A stretch of 61,239 nucleotides of DNA from Macrostomum lignano (lineage: Eukaryota). Within the stretch, counting starts at the first letter, position 1. The number at the start of each line of letters is the position of its first letter. Below, piece by piece: positions 10,864 through 23,087 of this stretch. The translations under genes and the position numbers were made by a program. The stretch lies in assembly GCA_002269645.1 (NCBI GenBank), contig NIVC01000865.1, positions 49,162 through 110,400 on the forward strand, in the 5' to 3' direction. The notes beneath the pieces are model-generated. The model did not search any database. It was not told the origin of the DNA and worked only from the letters and a program-made list of their open reading frames with translations.

Positions 10864-13800
10864 TCTGACTCAGCTGACCATCCTCCGTTGCGAGGAGCGG
10901 AAAGCTGATGAAGCCAAGAATGCCAAAGCTTCCGAAACCGGAACTGGGGCCCAGGCTCCTCCGGCAAAGAAGCCGAGGCAAACGGCCGATCCTATGCCCG
11001 GTAAGGCAGTTCGCGCTGCTGAAACCGGAAATCGCAATCGCAGACCCGCCAGGAGCACCCGGAGGTCCGGCCTGATCCAGCGCGCGCTGGACCAGGCCAA
11101 GAACCTTCGTGCGCATCGTGAGCGGGCCCGCGCTTCTCGCGCTCCACCCCAACAGCCAGAAGGCCAGACTCTAAGCGGGGAGGCTCCGACCGACTGGTTC
11201 GAGTCTGTGACTCACCAGGAGGCTGGCGCCACCCGCATCGACCTGACCGACGAGGCAGAGGGGACGGGCAGTGACAGCACCGAAGCACGCAGGAGAGGCG
11301 ACGGTAACGTCCACGCTGGGCTCACGTCCGCGGAGGACTCCACAGCCACCCTAACTGCTGAGGACGCTGAAACTCCCATGGAGGTCTGCGGGTCACCCAC
11401 CACTGAAAAGGAGGAGGATGACCTGCTCAACGATTCCCCAACTGCGTGATAATGATCAGCAACCAGGGAATCCATTGCCTGCAGATTAATCTGCAGCACT
11501 GCGTCGCAGCCTCGGTCAACCTTATGCGTTACGCCGAGCTCGACAAGCCGGGGCTCATCCTCGTCCAGGAACCCTGGACTCTCAGAGGTAAGCCTCAAAA
11601 CGCCCCTGCTGGCTACAATTGTTTTTATACTTACCCTCGCGAGGCCAACCAGCCTCCCAGAGCTTGCATCTTTGCGAGCAAAACGCTCAGTGCGTGGCTC
11701 AGATCGGACCTGTCCAACAGGGACATCTGCGTCATCCAATCCGAGGACCTTCTTCCTGGGAAGACCACCCTCATTGCCTCGGTTTACCTACCAGGCGATG
11801 CTGCGGTCGTCCCCAGAGCCCTCGCTACGCTGGTAGAGCTCTGCTCTGCCAAAAACTACGAGCTCATGGTTGCCGGCGACATCAACGCCCACCACACTCA
11901 CTGGGGCAGCACTGGCATTAATCAGAGAGGCGAAGACCTCCTAGCCTACGTTGCCTCTACGACCCTCGAGTTCTGCAACTCTGGGTCCACCCCTACCTTT
12001 GACAACGGACGGTGGTCGGAGGTGATCGACGCTACGCTCGCAACGCCCAGACTCTACCAGAGTATTGGGGCGTGGCGGGTGCTTCCAGTGTCCTCACTAT
12101 CGGATCACAAGTTCATCTCCTTCAACCTAATGGCCGCGCGTAGCGCAACTCGTGTTATGTGGAGACGGAACGCCAGAAATACGGATTGGGAAACCTTCGG
12201 GCTCGCCCTGAAGGAATTCCATCGGTCTCCTGGCCAACCATCCACGATCACGTCGTGCCGAGAGGCGGATGAGTGCGCGACTGTTTTGACAGAGACGCTA
12301 ACCGCCGCCTTTGAGGCGTCCTGCCCTTTAAAAGCCTATAAAGGGAAAAAATCGGCGCCGTGGTGGAATCCCGAGCTCGGCAACCTCCGTCGCAGGGCTA
12401 AGAGACTCCACCGCAGAGCAACTAAAACTAAGAGCCCTGCAGACCAAACCGCCTATCATGAAGCAATTCATGAGTTTAAAAGGCAGGTTAGGAATGCAAA
12501 GGCTCAAAAATGGCGACAATACTGTGAGGAGCTAGAGGGCTCACGCCCCACCTCCAGAGTTGTGAAAGCGCTCACGCTGGACAAAATGTCTAAGCTCTCC
12601 TCGGTCAAACGCACCGACGGTACGTCCACGGACAACCCAGGGGAAACGCTTGATGTAATGCTCACTGCGTTTTTCCCTAACGAGCCAGCTAACCAGACCA
12701 CTCCGGATCACTCGGAGGGAGGTCACGCGCTGGCTGCATCTATCATCACGGAGGACCGCATTGTGAGAGCGGCAAATTCCTTCAAGCCTTTCAAAGCCCC
12801 AGGACCCGACGGCATTGTACCGGCCCTTCTAAGAGAGGCGGTTAAATGCCCAGGCTTCCTGCGCAAACTTTGCAGCCTTCTTCGGGCATGCATCACGCTT
12901 GGTTATGTCCCGCAGGCATGGACCGAGGCAAAGGTGATCTTTATCCCTAAGCCAGGCCGCCCGGACTACCATTCTATCAAATCCTTCAGACCGATCAGCT
13001 TGACCTCCTCCCTGGTCAAGCTGATGGAGAGACTGGTGCTTTGGCGCCTTCTCTCTGTTGAGCTGAAGAACAAACCTCTCAGCGAGAACCAGCACGCTTT
13101 TCGGGCGGGTCGCTCCACTGAAAGCGCGCTGCACGTCCTGGTCGATAAACTCGAGAAGGCCGTGCTTGGTAGTGGCTTTGCTCTGGGGATCTTCCTGGAC
13201 ATCATTGGCGCCTTCGATAACGTCCTCTTTGAGGCGTTCCGAAGAGCTCTTTGTGAGAGGCTAACGCACTCACATCTCACCAGATGGATCATGTACATGA
13301 TCAGCCATCGCACGGCCACCGCCAGTCTGCTGGGCTACCAGAGGACGGTCCCCGTCTGCAAAGGTAGCCCGCAAGGTGGGGTGCTGTCTCCAGTTCTCTG
13401 GAATATGGTCATCGATGAGCTCCTCCGGGATGTTCGGCCTGACCCCATTCTGAAAGTTGGATATGCGGACGATGTCACCGCGGTGGCATCTGGTCCGTCC
13501 CCTGATACCCTCAGGGACCTTCTTCAGAACTTCATCTACGCTGCTGAGCAATGGGCGGACCGCTGTGGTTTAAGGCTCTCTGAGACTAAGACCGCATCGA
13601 TCATGTTCACCAGCAGGACCAAGTGGCAGATTCGGCCGCTCACGCTTTACGGAAGGGAAATCCCCTTCTGCAAGCAGACTAAATGTCTGGGTATTACCCT
13701 GGACCACAGGCTGAACTGGTCTCCCCACGTTCAAACAAAAGCCAAAAAGGCCTTCGCAGTCCTCGCGCAATTGCGCAGGGCCGTCGGCACCACCTGGGGG

Positions 13801-15260
13801 CTCACCCCAAGCGCCTCTGGTGGATCTACACTGCAATGGTTAGGCCCGCTATCTCGTATGGCGGCCTGATCTGGGCTAGCGCCCTGCAGATAAAGACCTG
13901 TCTAGAGGCTCTCAGGAGAGCGCAAGGGCGCGCTTGTCGCACGATCATGAGCGCCCCTCCGTCTGCTCCTTACGATGGCCTCAACGCCTTCCTCAACATT
14001 CCTCCGCTGGACATCTTTGTCCGCAGGGAAGCGGCTAAGACTGCCCGCCGTCTAGCTGACGCTGGCATTCGAATCCAGCCCCATAGGGCCATGGCTAAGC
14101 GCAAGCTTCTGCCCCACGCTGACCTCTGCCTCAAGGACTTGAGAGACAGCGGCGGGCTCCACGTCCTATCTGACGGCGAACCCCGCACTCTCAACCTCTT
14201 TCAGCGCTACAAGGTCACCATCCCCTCTAGGGATGCTGCCAATGACCACTGGAATTTCCAGGAGGTCCATTGCTACACGGACGGATCCATCAAAGACGGT
14301 CGCGCCGGCTTTGGGGTCTGCATCATCATCAACGGCCGCGTAATTGCCACGCATGCCCAGCACACTGGTAGACTCTCCACAGTCTTCCAGAACGAAGTCC
14401 TTGCCATCAGCTCTTGCGCTGCAGAGCTAAACGCCAAGGTTACGAGAGGAAAGACTATTGTCATCCACTCCGACAGCCAAGCGGCCTTACAGGCCCTTTG
14501 CCACACCACAACGAACTCCCGGACAGTCGCCGACTGCGCCCGGCAGCTCAACCTCCTGGCCAGAAGCAATACTGTCAGGCTGAAGTGGATCCCAGGGCAC
14601 GCAGGGTTTCCGGGGAACGAGCTGGCAGACACCCTCGCCAAGAGGGGCGGCTCTGGCTCTTTTTTCGGCCCTGCCCCCTGGTCCCTATGCCCTTGACAGT
14701 CATCAATCGTCAGATCGACGACTGGGCTGACTCCCTCCACAGGGACAGATGGGCGGGCACCCAAAACTGCCGGCAATCTCGTGCCGCGGTTCCTTGCCCG
14801 TCTCACAGGCTCAGAAACATCCTTCTGAACCAGAATCGGAAGGATATTCGAGCCCTTGTCATGACCCTTACCGGCCATGGCTACCTCGCCAGGCACTGCT
14901 TCCTCCGAGGCGACCTCGAGAGCGAAATTTGCCCCTTTTGCGAGTGCGACAATGAAGATGCTCAGCACTTTGTCTGTCACTGCCCTTTCTTTAACAGAGA
15001 CCGGCTACGCTACCTCGGGCCGAACCCGTCCATTGACGAGGTTTGCCAGCCCGACAGCATCCCACGGCTCATCCAGTTCCTTCGGGCGACTAGACGAGCC
15101 AGTTTCTTCCCAACGGAAGATCACGCTGCAGGACGGACCGGCGGACCACCCTGACCGGCCCCACGCCTCTGCCTGTCTGCGGGCCTTCAGGGGCTAGCGG
15201 AATGGGCGACCCTCGCCTCCCCGCTGTGTCTACGGACCACCCTGCAGCTAAGTCAAGTAA
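10864..15260 (+). mobile_element. 5'-truncated LINE (Loa/R1-like I-group; ORF1 C-terminus + APE-RT-RNaseH-CCHC ORF2), copy 1
   Basis: The ORF1 frame is open from the junction (LTQLTILRCEERKADEAK..) to TGA at 11449. ORF2 from ATG 11452 has QINLQH/VQEPW/GDINAHH/SDH (APE), GSPQGG/YADD (RT) and YTDGS/HSDSQ/GNELAD (RNase H). Two C-run deletions (~13805, ~14675) split ORF2 relative to copy 2. Ends ..ctaagtcaagtaa into GATA. Confidence 0.95.
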
Positions 15261-15288
15261 GATAGATAGATAGATAGATAGATAGATC

Positions 15289-15369
<81 letters not shown>

Positions 15370-15370
15370 G

Positions 15371-15445
<75 letters not shown>

Positions 15446-15446
15446 G

Positions 15447-15525
<79 letters not shown>

Positions 15526-15526
15526 G

Positions 15527-15588
<62 letters not shown>

Positions 15589-15589
15589 T
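15261..15589. repeat. (GATA)n tract, copy of the last ~340 bp of the 8065-9143 array
   Basis: Same interruption order: GATC, three AAGT, then gatatagttac. Confidence 0.95.
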
Positions 15590-17310
15590 AGTTACATTCA
15601 TAAACGCAGGTGCACTATTAACCAGTTAATATTTATTATTGCGACAAAGTGGGGAACAACACTGAGGAAAAAGAAACTCAAGGCATCTTGCCATAAAGCA
15701 TGAATACTTGCTCGCATGGATGCATCTCATCTTCAGAGACATCGATTATCGACCGCCATTCTGCTGCAAGCCTGAGTGTGAGACACTTCTGCAGCACTCT
15801 TAAGTAAAAGCCGCAGGTGTGCGAGACTCAACTTGAGTCAGGAATTCTGCTCTGCTCTTTGCAGAAGAAATAAGGTGTGAGAAATTCCTTTTGTCGCAGT
15901 TGCTGTTGCTGCTGCTGGCTTCGGTCGATGTATCCAGTCTGTCTGTTTTGAGCAGCCCCTTAAGGATACTAAACCAACAGCTTGTGACTGTCTGAAGAAA
16001 ACTCTAGTGTCTGAAAATCGTGCAGTTCACTTGGGTGCTTTCATTTGCACTTGTGACTAACTTGCTGGGATGCTACCAGTAGGAGCAACCATCCACCCAA
16101 TGATTTACAGCAGGGCCAACAGTCTACCAAGGCGTGTGATTTCCCGCTTACGGCCCCCGTTGCTTTGCCCCAGTTAAAGACTGCTTAAAACTGATTGAAA
16201 AAACTACGGCTCGTAAAAGCGAAATCTGCAGGATGTACGCTTACACGTGTATATTTTTTGTACTTTTTGCAGAAAATACATGCAAAATCAAATTAGTGAC
16301 GCGATAGACTAAGCTAGTAGGCTACGCTCGTAGTTGACTGATCCGTGGCACTGGGTTTTCGTCCTTCAAATCTTTAAAATTTGATTCAAAATCAATAACA
16401 TCAAGTGAGCCTTGCTTAATAATAATTGGTGCAACGAGGTGCGAGCAAGGGCTACTAGCTATTGGTTCATCATAAGGTGCAGCTGCAACTGTTCAAGTTC
16501 AAGAAGTTCAAGAAAGTTTCTTGCAACAAAGCGAACAGAGCAACTACCGCAGTACAGTAATCGGCAGTCGACGTATTCTTCCCCCGATGCCGTCATCAAG
16601 GACCACTTCTAGTTAACAGTAACTTCGTGTGGTCCTTGAACGTCATCTTCCCAATCGACGGAAGATTTTGTAGGCCAGGATGAAAATTCCGGCAACAACT
16701 ACGACAATAACAGCGATGGCGAGGAATGCCACGATGAATGGCGACAGTAGGGCCACGGCTATTATTAGTAGCAGAACAATGCCGACTGAAAAGAGAGGGA
16801 GCAATAAATCCGGTTGACAATGAGTCATAAATCAGGTAATGATTGTACCAGATAATTTACGATTGATCTTCGACTAAAAAATCCACCTAGACTCAGTGAA
16901 AACTCTCACGCAGTCGAAGGCCTCGCATTGTGCGCCTGAGCGCGGGTCGGTCCCTCTGGTAGATGTAGCGGCATCCGAACACGCTTAGCGCGTCAGTGTG
17001 ACCGCCAAAGATTGACTCGACGTGCTGTTGAGACATCAGCAAGTAGCAGCTCAACTCCGGCGACCAGCTCTCGCCGCAGCGATAGCAGAAGACGTGCGAG
17101 CACTCGAGACAGCGGCTGCAGAACTCTTCTTGCTGGTGCTGCGCCGGTTGTAGCTGCTGTTGCTGCTGCTGTTGCTGCTGCTGGTGATGCAGATCGAGGC
17201 CCAACGGCAGTGGAACCAGGGCGGAACATCGGGGACACTGTCGGGATCGGGACAGCTGCAGTCCACTGACCGGATCGGTGACCATCTCGGTGGTCATTTC
17301 CTCTAACCGG
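15590..17310 (-). pseudogene. Duplicated 3' part of the RNF217-like gene, copy 2
   Basis: Near-identical to 9144-10863 and 22035-23755. One substitution (ggcccaacgg vs ggcccagcgg, ~17194) is synonymous in the RBR frame. Confidence 0.9.
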
Positions 17311-20300
17311 TCTGACTCAGCTGACCATCCTCCGTTGCGAGGAGCGGAAAGCTGATGAAGCCAAGAATGCCAAAGCTTCCGAAACCGGAACTGGGGCCCA
17401 GGCTCCTCCGGCAAAGAAGCCGAGGCAAACGGCCGATCCTATGCCCGGTAAGGCAGTTCGCGCTGCTGAAACCGGAAATCGCAATCGCAGACCCGCCAGG
17501 AGCACCCGGAGGTCCGGCCTGATCCAGCGCGCGCTGGACCAGGCCAAGAACCTTCGTGCGCATCGTGAGCGGGCCCGCGCTTCTCGCGCTCCACCCCAAC
17601 AGCCAGAAGGCCAGACTCTAAGCGGGGAGGCTCCGACCGACTGGTTCGAGTCTGTGACTCACCAGGAGGCTGGCGCCACCCGCATCGACCTGACCGACGA
17701 GGCAGAGGGGACGGGCAGTGACAGCACCGAAGCACGCAGGAGAGGCGACGGTAACGTCCACGCTGGGCTCACGTCCGCGGAGGACTCCACAGCCACCCTA
17801 ACTGCTGAGGACGCTGAAACTCCCATGGAGGTCTGCGGGTCACCCACCACTGAAAAGGAGGAGGATGACCTGCTCAACGATTCCCCAACTGCGTGATAAT
17901 GATCAGCAACCAGGGAATCCATTGCCTGCAGATTAATCTGCAGCACTGCGTCGCAGCCTCGGTCAACCTTATGCGTTACGCCGAGCTCGACAAGCCGGGG
18001 CTCATCCTCGTCCAGGAACCCTGGACTCTCAGAGGTAAGCCTCAAAACGCCCCTGCTGGCTACAATTGTTTTTATACTTACCCTCGCGAGGCCAACCAGC
18101 CTCCCAGAGCTTGCATCTTTGCGAGCAAAACGCTCAGTGCGTGGCTCAGATCGGACCTGTCCAACAGGGACATCTGCGTCATCCAATCCGAGGACCTTCT
18201 TCCTGGGAAGACCACCCTCATTGCCTCGGTTTACCTACCAGGCGATGCTGCGGTCGTCCCCAGAGCCCTCGCTACGCTGGTAGAGCTCTGCTCTGCCAAA
18301 AACTACGAGCTCATGGTTGCCGGCGACATCAACGCCCACCACACTCACTGGGGCAGCACTGGCATTAATCAGAGAGGCGAAGACCTCCTAGCCTACGTTG
18401 CCTCTACGACCCTCGAGTTCTGCAACTCTGGGTCCACCCCTACCTTTGACAACGGACGGTGGTCGGAGGTGATCGACGCTACGCTCGCAACGCCCAGACT
18501 CTACCAGAGTATTGGGGCGTGGCGGGTGCTTCCAGTGTCCTCACTATCGGATCACAAGTTCATCTCCTTCAACCTAATGGCCGCGCGTAGCGCAACTCGT
18601 GTTATGTGGAGACGGAACGCCAGAAATACGGATTGGGAAACCTTCGGGCTCGCCCTGAAGGAATTCCATCGGTCTCCTGGCCAACCATCCACGATCACGT
18701 CGTGCCGAGAGGCGGATGAGTGCGCGACTGTTTTGACAGAGACGCTAACCGCCGCCTTTGAGGCGTCCTGCCCTTTAAAAGCCTATAAAGGGAAAAAATC
18801 GGCGCCGTGGTGGAATCCCGAGCTCGGCAACCTCCGTCGCAGGGCTAAGAGACTCCACCGCAGAGCAACTAAAACTAAGAGCCCTGCAGACCAAACCGCC
18901 TATCATGAAGCAATTCATGAGTTTAAAAGGCAGGTTAGGAATGCAAAGGCTCAAAAATGGCGACAATACTGTGAGGAGCTAGAGGGCTCACGCCCCACCT
19001 CCAGAGTTGTGAAAGCGCTCACGCTGGACAAAATGTCTAAGCTCTCCTCGGTCAAACGCACCGACGGTACGTCCACGGACAACCCAGGGGAAACGCTTGA
19101 TGTAATGCTCACTGCGTTTTTCCCTAACGAGCCAGCTAACCAGACCACTCCGGATCACTCGGAGGGAGGTCACGCGCTGGCTGCATCTATCATCACGGAG
19201 GACCGCATTGTGAGAGCGGCAAATTCCTTCAAGCCTTTCAAAGCCCCAGGACCCGACGGCATTGTACCGGCCCTTCTAAGAGAGGCGGTTAAATGCCCAG
19301 GCTTCCTGCGCAAACTTTGCAGCCTTCTTCGGGCATGCATCACGCTTGGTTATGTCCCGCAGGCATGGACCGAGGCAAAGGTGATCTTTATCCCTAAGCC
19401 AGGCCGCCCGGACTACCATTCTATCAAATCCTTCAGACCGATCAGCTTGACCTCCTCCCTGGTCAAGCTGATGGAGAGACTGGTGCTTTGGCGCCTTCTC
19501 TCTGTTGAGCTGAAGAACAAACCTCTCAGCGAGAACCAGCACGCTTTTCGGGCGGGTCGCTCCACTGAAAGCGCGCTGCACGTCCTGGTCGATAAACTCG
19601 AGAAGGCCGTGCTTGGTAGTGGCTTTGCTCTGGGGATCTTCCTGGACATCATTGGCGCCTTCGATAACGTCCTCTTTGAGGCGTTCCGAAGAGCTCTTTG
19701 TGAGAGGCTAACGCACTCACATCTCACCAGATGGATCATGTACATGATCAGCCATCGCACGGCCACCGCCAGTCTGCTGGGCTACCAGAGGACGGTCCCC
19801 GTCTGCAAAGGTAGCCCGCAAGGTGGGGTGCTGTCTCCAGTTCTCTGGAATATGGTCATCGATGAGCTCCTCCGGGATGTTCGGCCTGACCCCATTCTGA
19901 AAGTTGGATATGCGGACGATGTCACCGCGGTGGCATCTGGTCCGTCCCCTGATACCCTCAGGGACCTTCTTCAGAACTTCATCTACGCTGCTGAGCAATG
20001 GGCGGACCGCTGTGGTTTAAGGCTCTCTGAGACTAAGACCGCATCGATCATGTTCACCAGCAGGACCAAGTGGCAGATTCGGCCGCTCACGCTTTACGGA
20101 AGGGAAATCCCCTTCTGCAAGCAGACTAAATGTCTGGGTATTACCCTGGACCACAGGCTGAACTGGTCTCCCCACGTTCAAACAAAAGCCAAAAAGGCCT
20201 TCGCAGTCCTCGCGCAATTGCGCAGGGCCGTCGGCACCACCTGGGGGCTCACCCCCAAGCGCCTCTGGTGGATCTACACTGCAATGGTTAGGCCCGCTAT

Positions 20301-21709
20301 CTCGTATGGCGGCCTGATCTGGGCTAGCGCCCTGCAGATAAAGACCTGTCTAGAGGCTCTCAGGAGAGCGCAAGGGCGCGCTTGTCGCACGATCATGAGC
20401 GCCCCTCCGTCTGCTCCTTACGATGGCCTCAACGCCTTCCTCAACATTCCTCCGCTGGACATCTTTGTCCGCAGGGAAGCGGCTAAGACTGCCCGCCGTC
20501 TAGCTGACGCTGGCATTCGAATCCAGCCCCATAGGGCCATGGCTAAGCGCAAGCTTCTGCCCCACGCTGACCTCTGCCTCAAGGACTTGAGAGACAGCGG
20601 CGGGCTCCACGTCCTATCTGACGGCGAACCCCGCACTCTCAACCTCTTTCAGCGCTACAAGGTCACCATCCCCTCTAGGGATGCTGCCAATGACCACTGG
20701 AATTTCCAGGAGGTCCATTGCTACACGGACGGATCCATCAAAGACGGTCGCGCCGGCTTTGGGGTCTGCATCATCATCAACGGCCGCGTAATTGCCACGC
20801 ATGCCCAGCACACTGGTAGACTCTCCACAGTCTTCCAGAACGAAGTCCTTGCCATCAGCTCTTGCGCTGCAGAGCTAAACGCCAAGGTTACGAGAGGAAA
20901 GACTATTGTCATCCACTCCGACAGCCAAGCGGCCTTACAGGCCCTTTGCCACACCACAACGAACTCCCGGACAGTCGCCGACTGCGCCCGGCAGCTCAAC
21001 CTCCTGGCCAGAAGCAATACTGTCAGGCTGAAGTGGATCCCAGGGCACGCAGGGTTTCCGGGGAACGAGCTGGCAGACACCCTCGCCAAGAGGGGCGGCT
21101 CTGGCTCTTTTTTCGGCCCTGCCCCCCTGGTCCCTATGCCCTTGACAGTCATCAATCGTCAGATCGACGACTGGGCTGACTCCCTCCACAGGGACAGATG
21201 GGCGGGCACCCAAAACTGCCGGCAATCTCGTGCCGCGGTTCCTTGCCCGTCTCACAGGCTCAGAAACATCCTTCTGAACCAGAATCGGAAGGATATTCGA
21301 GCCCTTGTCATGACCCTTACCGGCCATGGCTACCTCGCCAGGCACTGCTTCCTCCGAGGCGACCTCGAGAGCGAAATTTGCCCCTTTTGCGAGTGCGACA
21401 ATGAAGATGCTCAGCACTTTGTCTGTCACTGCCCTTTCTTTAACAGAGACCGGCTACGCTACCTCGGGCCGAACCCGTCCATTGACGAGGTTTGCCAGCC
21501 CGACAGCATCCCACGGCTCATCCAGTTCCTTCGGGCGACTAGACGAGCCAGTTTCTTCCCAACGGAAGATCACGCTGCAGGACGGACCGGCGGACCACCC
21601 TGACCGGCCCCACGCCTCTGCCTGTCTGCGGGCCTTCAGGGGCTAGCGGAATGGGCGACCCTCGCCTCCCCGCTGTGTCTACGGACCACCCTGCAGCTAA
21701 GTCAAGTAA
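17311..21709 (+). mobile_element. 5'-truncated LINE, copy 2, with intact ORF2
   Basis: Same 5' junction (ctctaaccgg|tctgactcag) and same 3' end (gtcaagtaa|gata) as copy 1. Confidence 0.96.
17899..21603 (+). CDS. LINE ORF2 polyprotein: AP endonuclease, reverse transcriptase, RNase H, C-terminal CCHC finger (1234 aa)
   Basis: Uninterrupted ORF with APE, RT (YADD), RNase H (TDGS, QNEV, SDSQ, ELAD) and CPFC..HFVCHC motifs. ATG overlaps the TAA that follows the ORF1 stop (TGA TAA TG). Confidence 0.95.
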   Translation: MISNQGIHCLQINLQHCVAASVNLMRYAELDKPGLILVQEPWTLRGKPQNAPAGYNCFYTYPREANQPPRACIFASKTLSAWLRSDLSNRDICVIQSEDLLPGKTTLIASVYLPGDAAVVPRALATLVELCSAKNYELMVAGDINAHHTHWGSTGINQRGEDLLAYVASTTLEFCNSGSTPTFDNGRWSEVIDATLATPRLYQSIGAWRVLPVSSLSDHKFISFNLMAARSATRVMWRRNARNTDWETFGLALKEFHRSPGQPSTITSCREADECATVLTETLTAAFEASCPLKAYKGKKSAPWWNPELGNLRRRAKRLHRRATKTKSPADQTAYHEAIHEFKRQVRNAKAQKWRQYCEELEGSRPTSRVVKALTLDKMSKLSSVKRTDGTSTDNPGETLDVMLTAFFPNEPANQTTPDHSEGGHALAASIITEDRIVRAANSFKPFKAPGPDGIVPALLREAVKCPGFLRKLCSLLRACITLGYVPQAWTEAKVIFIPKPGRPDYHSIKSFRPISLTSSLVKLMERLVLWRLLSVELKNKPLSENQHAFRAGRSTESALHVLVDKLEKAVLGSGFALGIFLDIIGAFDNVLFEAFRRALCERLTHSHLTRWIMYMISHRTATASLLGYQRTVPVCKGSPQGGVLSPVLWNMVIDELLRDVRPDPILKVGYADDVTAVASGPSPDTLRDLLQNFIYAAEQWADRCGLRLSETKTASIMFTSRTKWQIRPLTLYGREIPFCKQTKCLGITLDHRLNWSPHVQTKAKKAFAVLAQLRRAVGTTWGLTPKRLWWIYTAMVRPAISYGGLIWASALQIKTCLEALRRAQGRACRTIMSAPPSAPYDGLNAFLNIPPLDIFVRREAAKTARRLADAGIRIQPHRAMAKRKLLPHADLCLKDLRDSGGLHVLSDGEPRTLNLFQRYKVTIPSRDAANDHWNFQEVHCYTDGSIKDGRAGFGVCIIINGRVIATHAQHTGRLSTVFQNEVLAISSCAAELNAKVTRGKTIVIHSDSQAALQALCHTTTNSRTVADCARQLNLLARSNTVRLKWIPGHAGFPGNELADTLAKRGGSGSFFGPAPLVPMPLTVINRQIDDWADSLHRDRWAGTQNCRQSRAAVPCPSHRLRNILLNQNRKDIRALVMTLTGHGYLARHCFLRGDLESEICPFCECDNEDAQHFVCHCPFFNRDRLRYLGPNPSIDEVCQPDSIPRLIQFLRATRRASFFPTEDHAAGRTGGPP

Positions 21710-21733
21710 GATAGATAGATAGATAGATAGATC

Positions 21734-21822
<89 letters not shown>

Positions 21823-21823
21823 G

Positions 21824-21898
<75 letters not shown>

Positions 21899-21899
21899 G

Positions 21900-21974
<75 letters not shown>

Positions 21975-21975
21975 G

Positions 21976-22033
<58 letters not shown>

Positions 22034-22034
22034 T
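21710..22034. repeat. (GATA)n tract, third copy
   Basis: GATC then three AAGT interruptions, ending atatagttac. Confidence 0.95.
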
Positions 22035-23087
22035 AGTTACATTCATAAACGCAGGTGCACTATTAACCAGTTAATATTTATTATTGCGACAAAGTGGGGA
22101 ACAACACTGAGGAAAAAGAAACTCAAGGCATCTTGCCATAAAGCATGAATACTTGCTCGCATGGATGCATCTCATCTTCAGAGACATCGATTATCGACCG
22201 CCATTCTGCTGCAAGCCTGAGTGTGAGACACTTCTGCAGCACTCTTAAGTAAAAGCCGCAGGTGTGCGAGACTCAACTTGAGTCAGGAATTCTGCTCTGC
22301 TCTTTGCAGAAGAAATAAGGTGTGAGAAATTCCTTTTGTCGCAGTTGCTGTTGCTGCTGCTGGCTTCGGTCGATGTATCCAGTCTGTCTGTTTTGAGCAG
22401 CCCCTTAAGGATACTAAACCAACAGCTTGTGACTGTCTGAAGAAAACTCTAGTGTCTGAAAATCGTGCAGTTCACTTGGGTGCTTTCATTTGCACTTGTG
22501 ACTAACTTGCTGGGATGCTACCAGTAGGAGCAACCATCCACCCAATGATTTACAGCAGGGCCAACAGTCTACCAAGGCGTGTGATTTCCCGCTTACGGCC
22601 CCCGTTGCTTTGCCCCAGTTAAAGACTGCTTAAAACTGATTGAAAAAACTACGGCTCGTAAAAGCGAAATCTGCAGGATGTACGCTTACACGTGTATATT
22701 TTTTGTACTTTTTGCAGAAAATACATGCAAAATCAAATTAGTGACGCGATAGACTAAGCTAGTAGGCTACGCTCGTAGTTGACTGATCCGTGGCACTGGG
22801 TTTTCGTCCTTCAAATCTTTAAAATTTGATTCAAAATCAATAACATCAAGTGAGCCTTGCTTAATAATAATTGGTGCAACGAGGTGCGAGCAAGGGCTAC
22901 TAGCTATTGGTTCATCATAAGGTGCAGCTGCAACTGTTCAAGTTCAAGAAGTTCAAGAAAGTTTCTTGCAACAAAGCGAACAGAGCAACTACCGCAGTAC
23001 AGTAATCGGCAGTCGACGTATTCTTCCCCCGATGCCGTCATCAAGGACCACTTCTAGTTAACAGTAACTTCGTGTGGTCCTTGAACG

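Noticed and set aside
15150-15260. HDV-like ribozyme in the LINE 3' UTR (GAATGGG, GCCTCCTCGCT, GCTAA motifs)
   Set aside because: The motif order and P1/P2 pairing do not fit, and pairing is not conserved between the two subfamilies.
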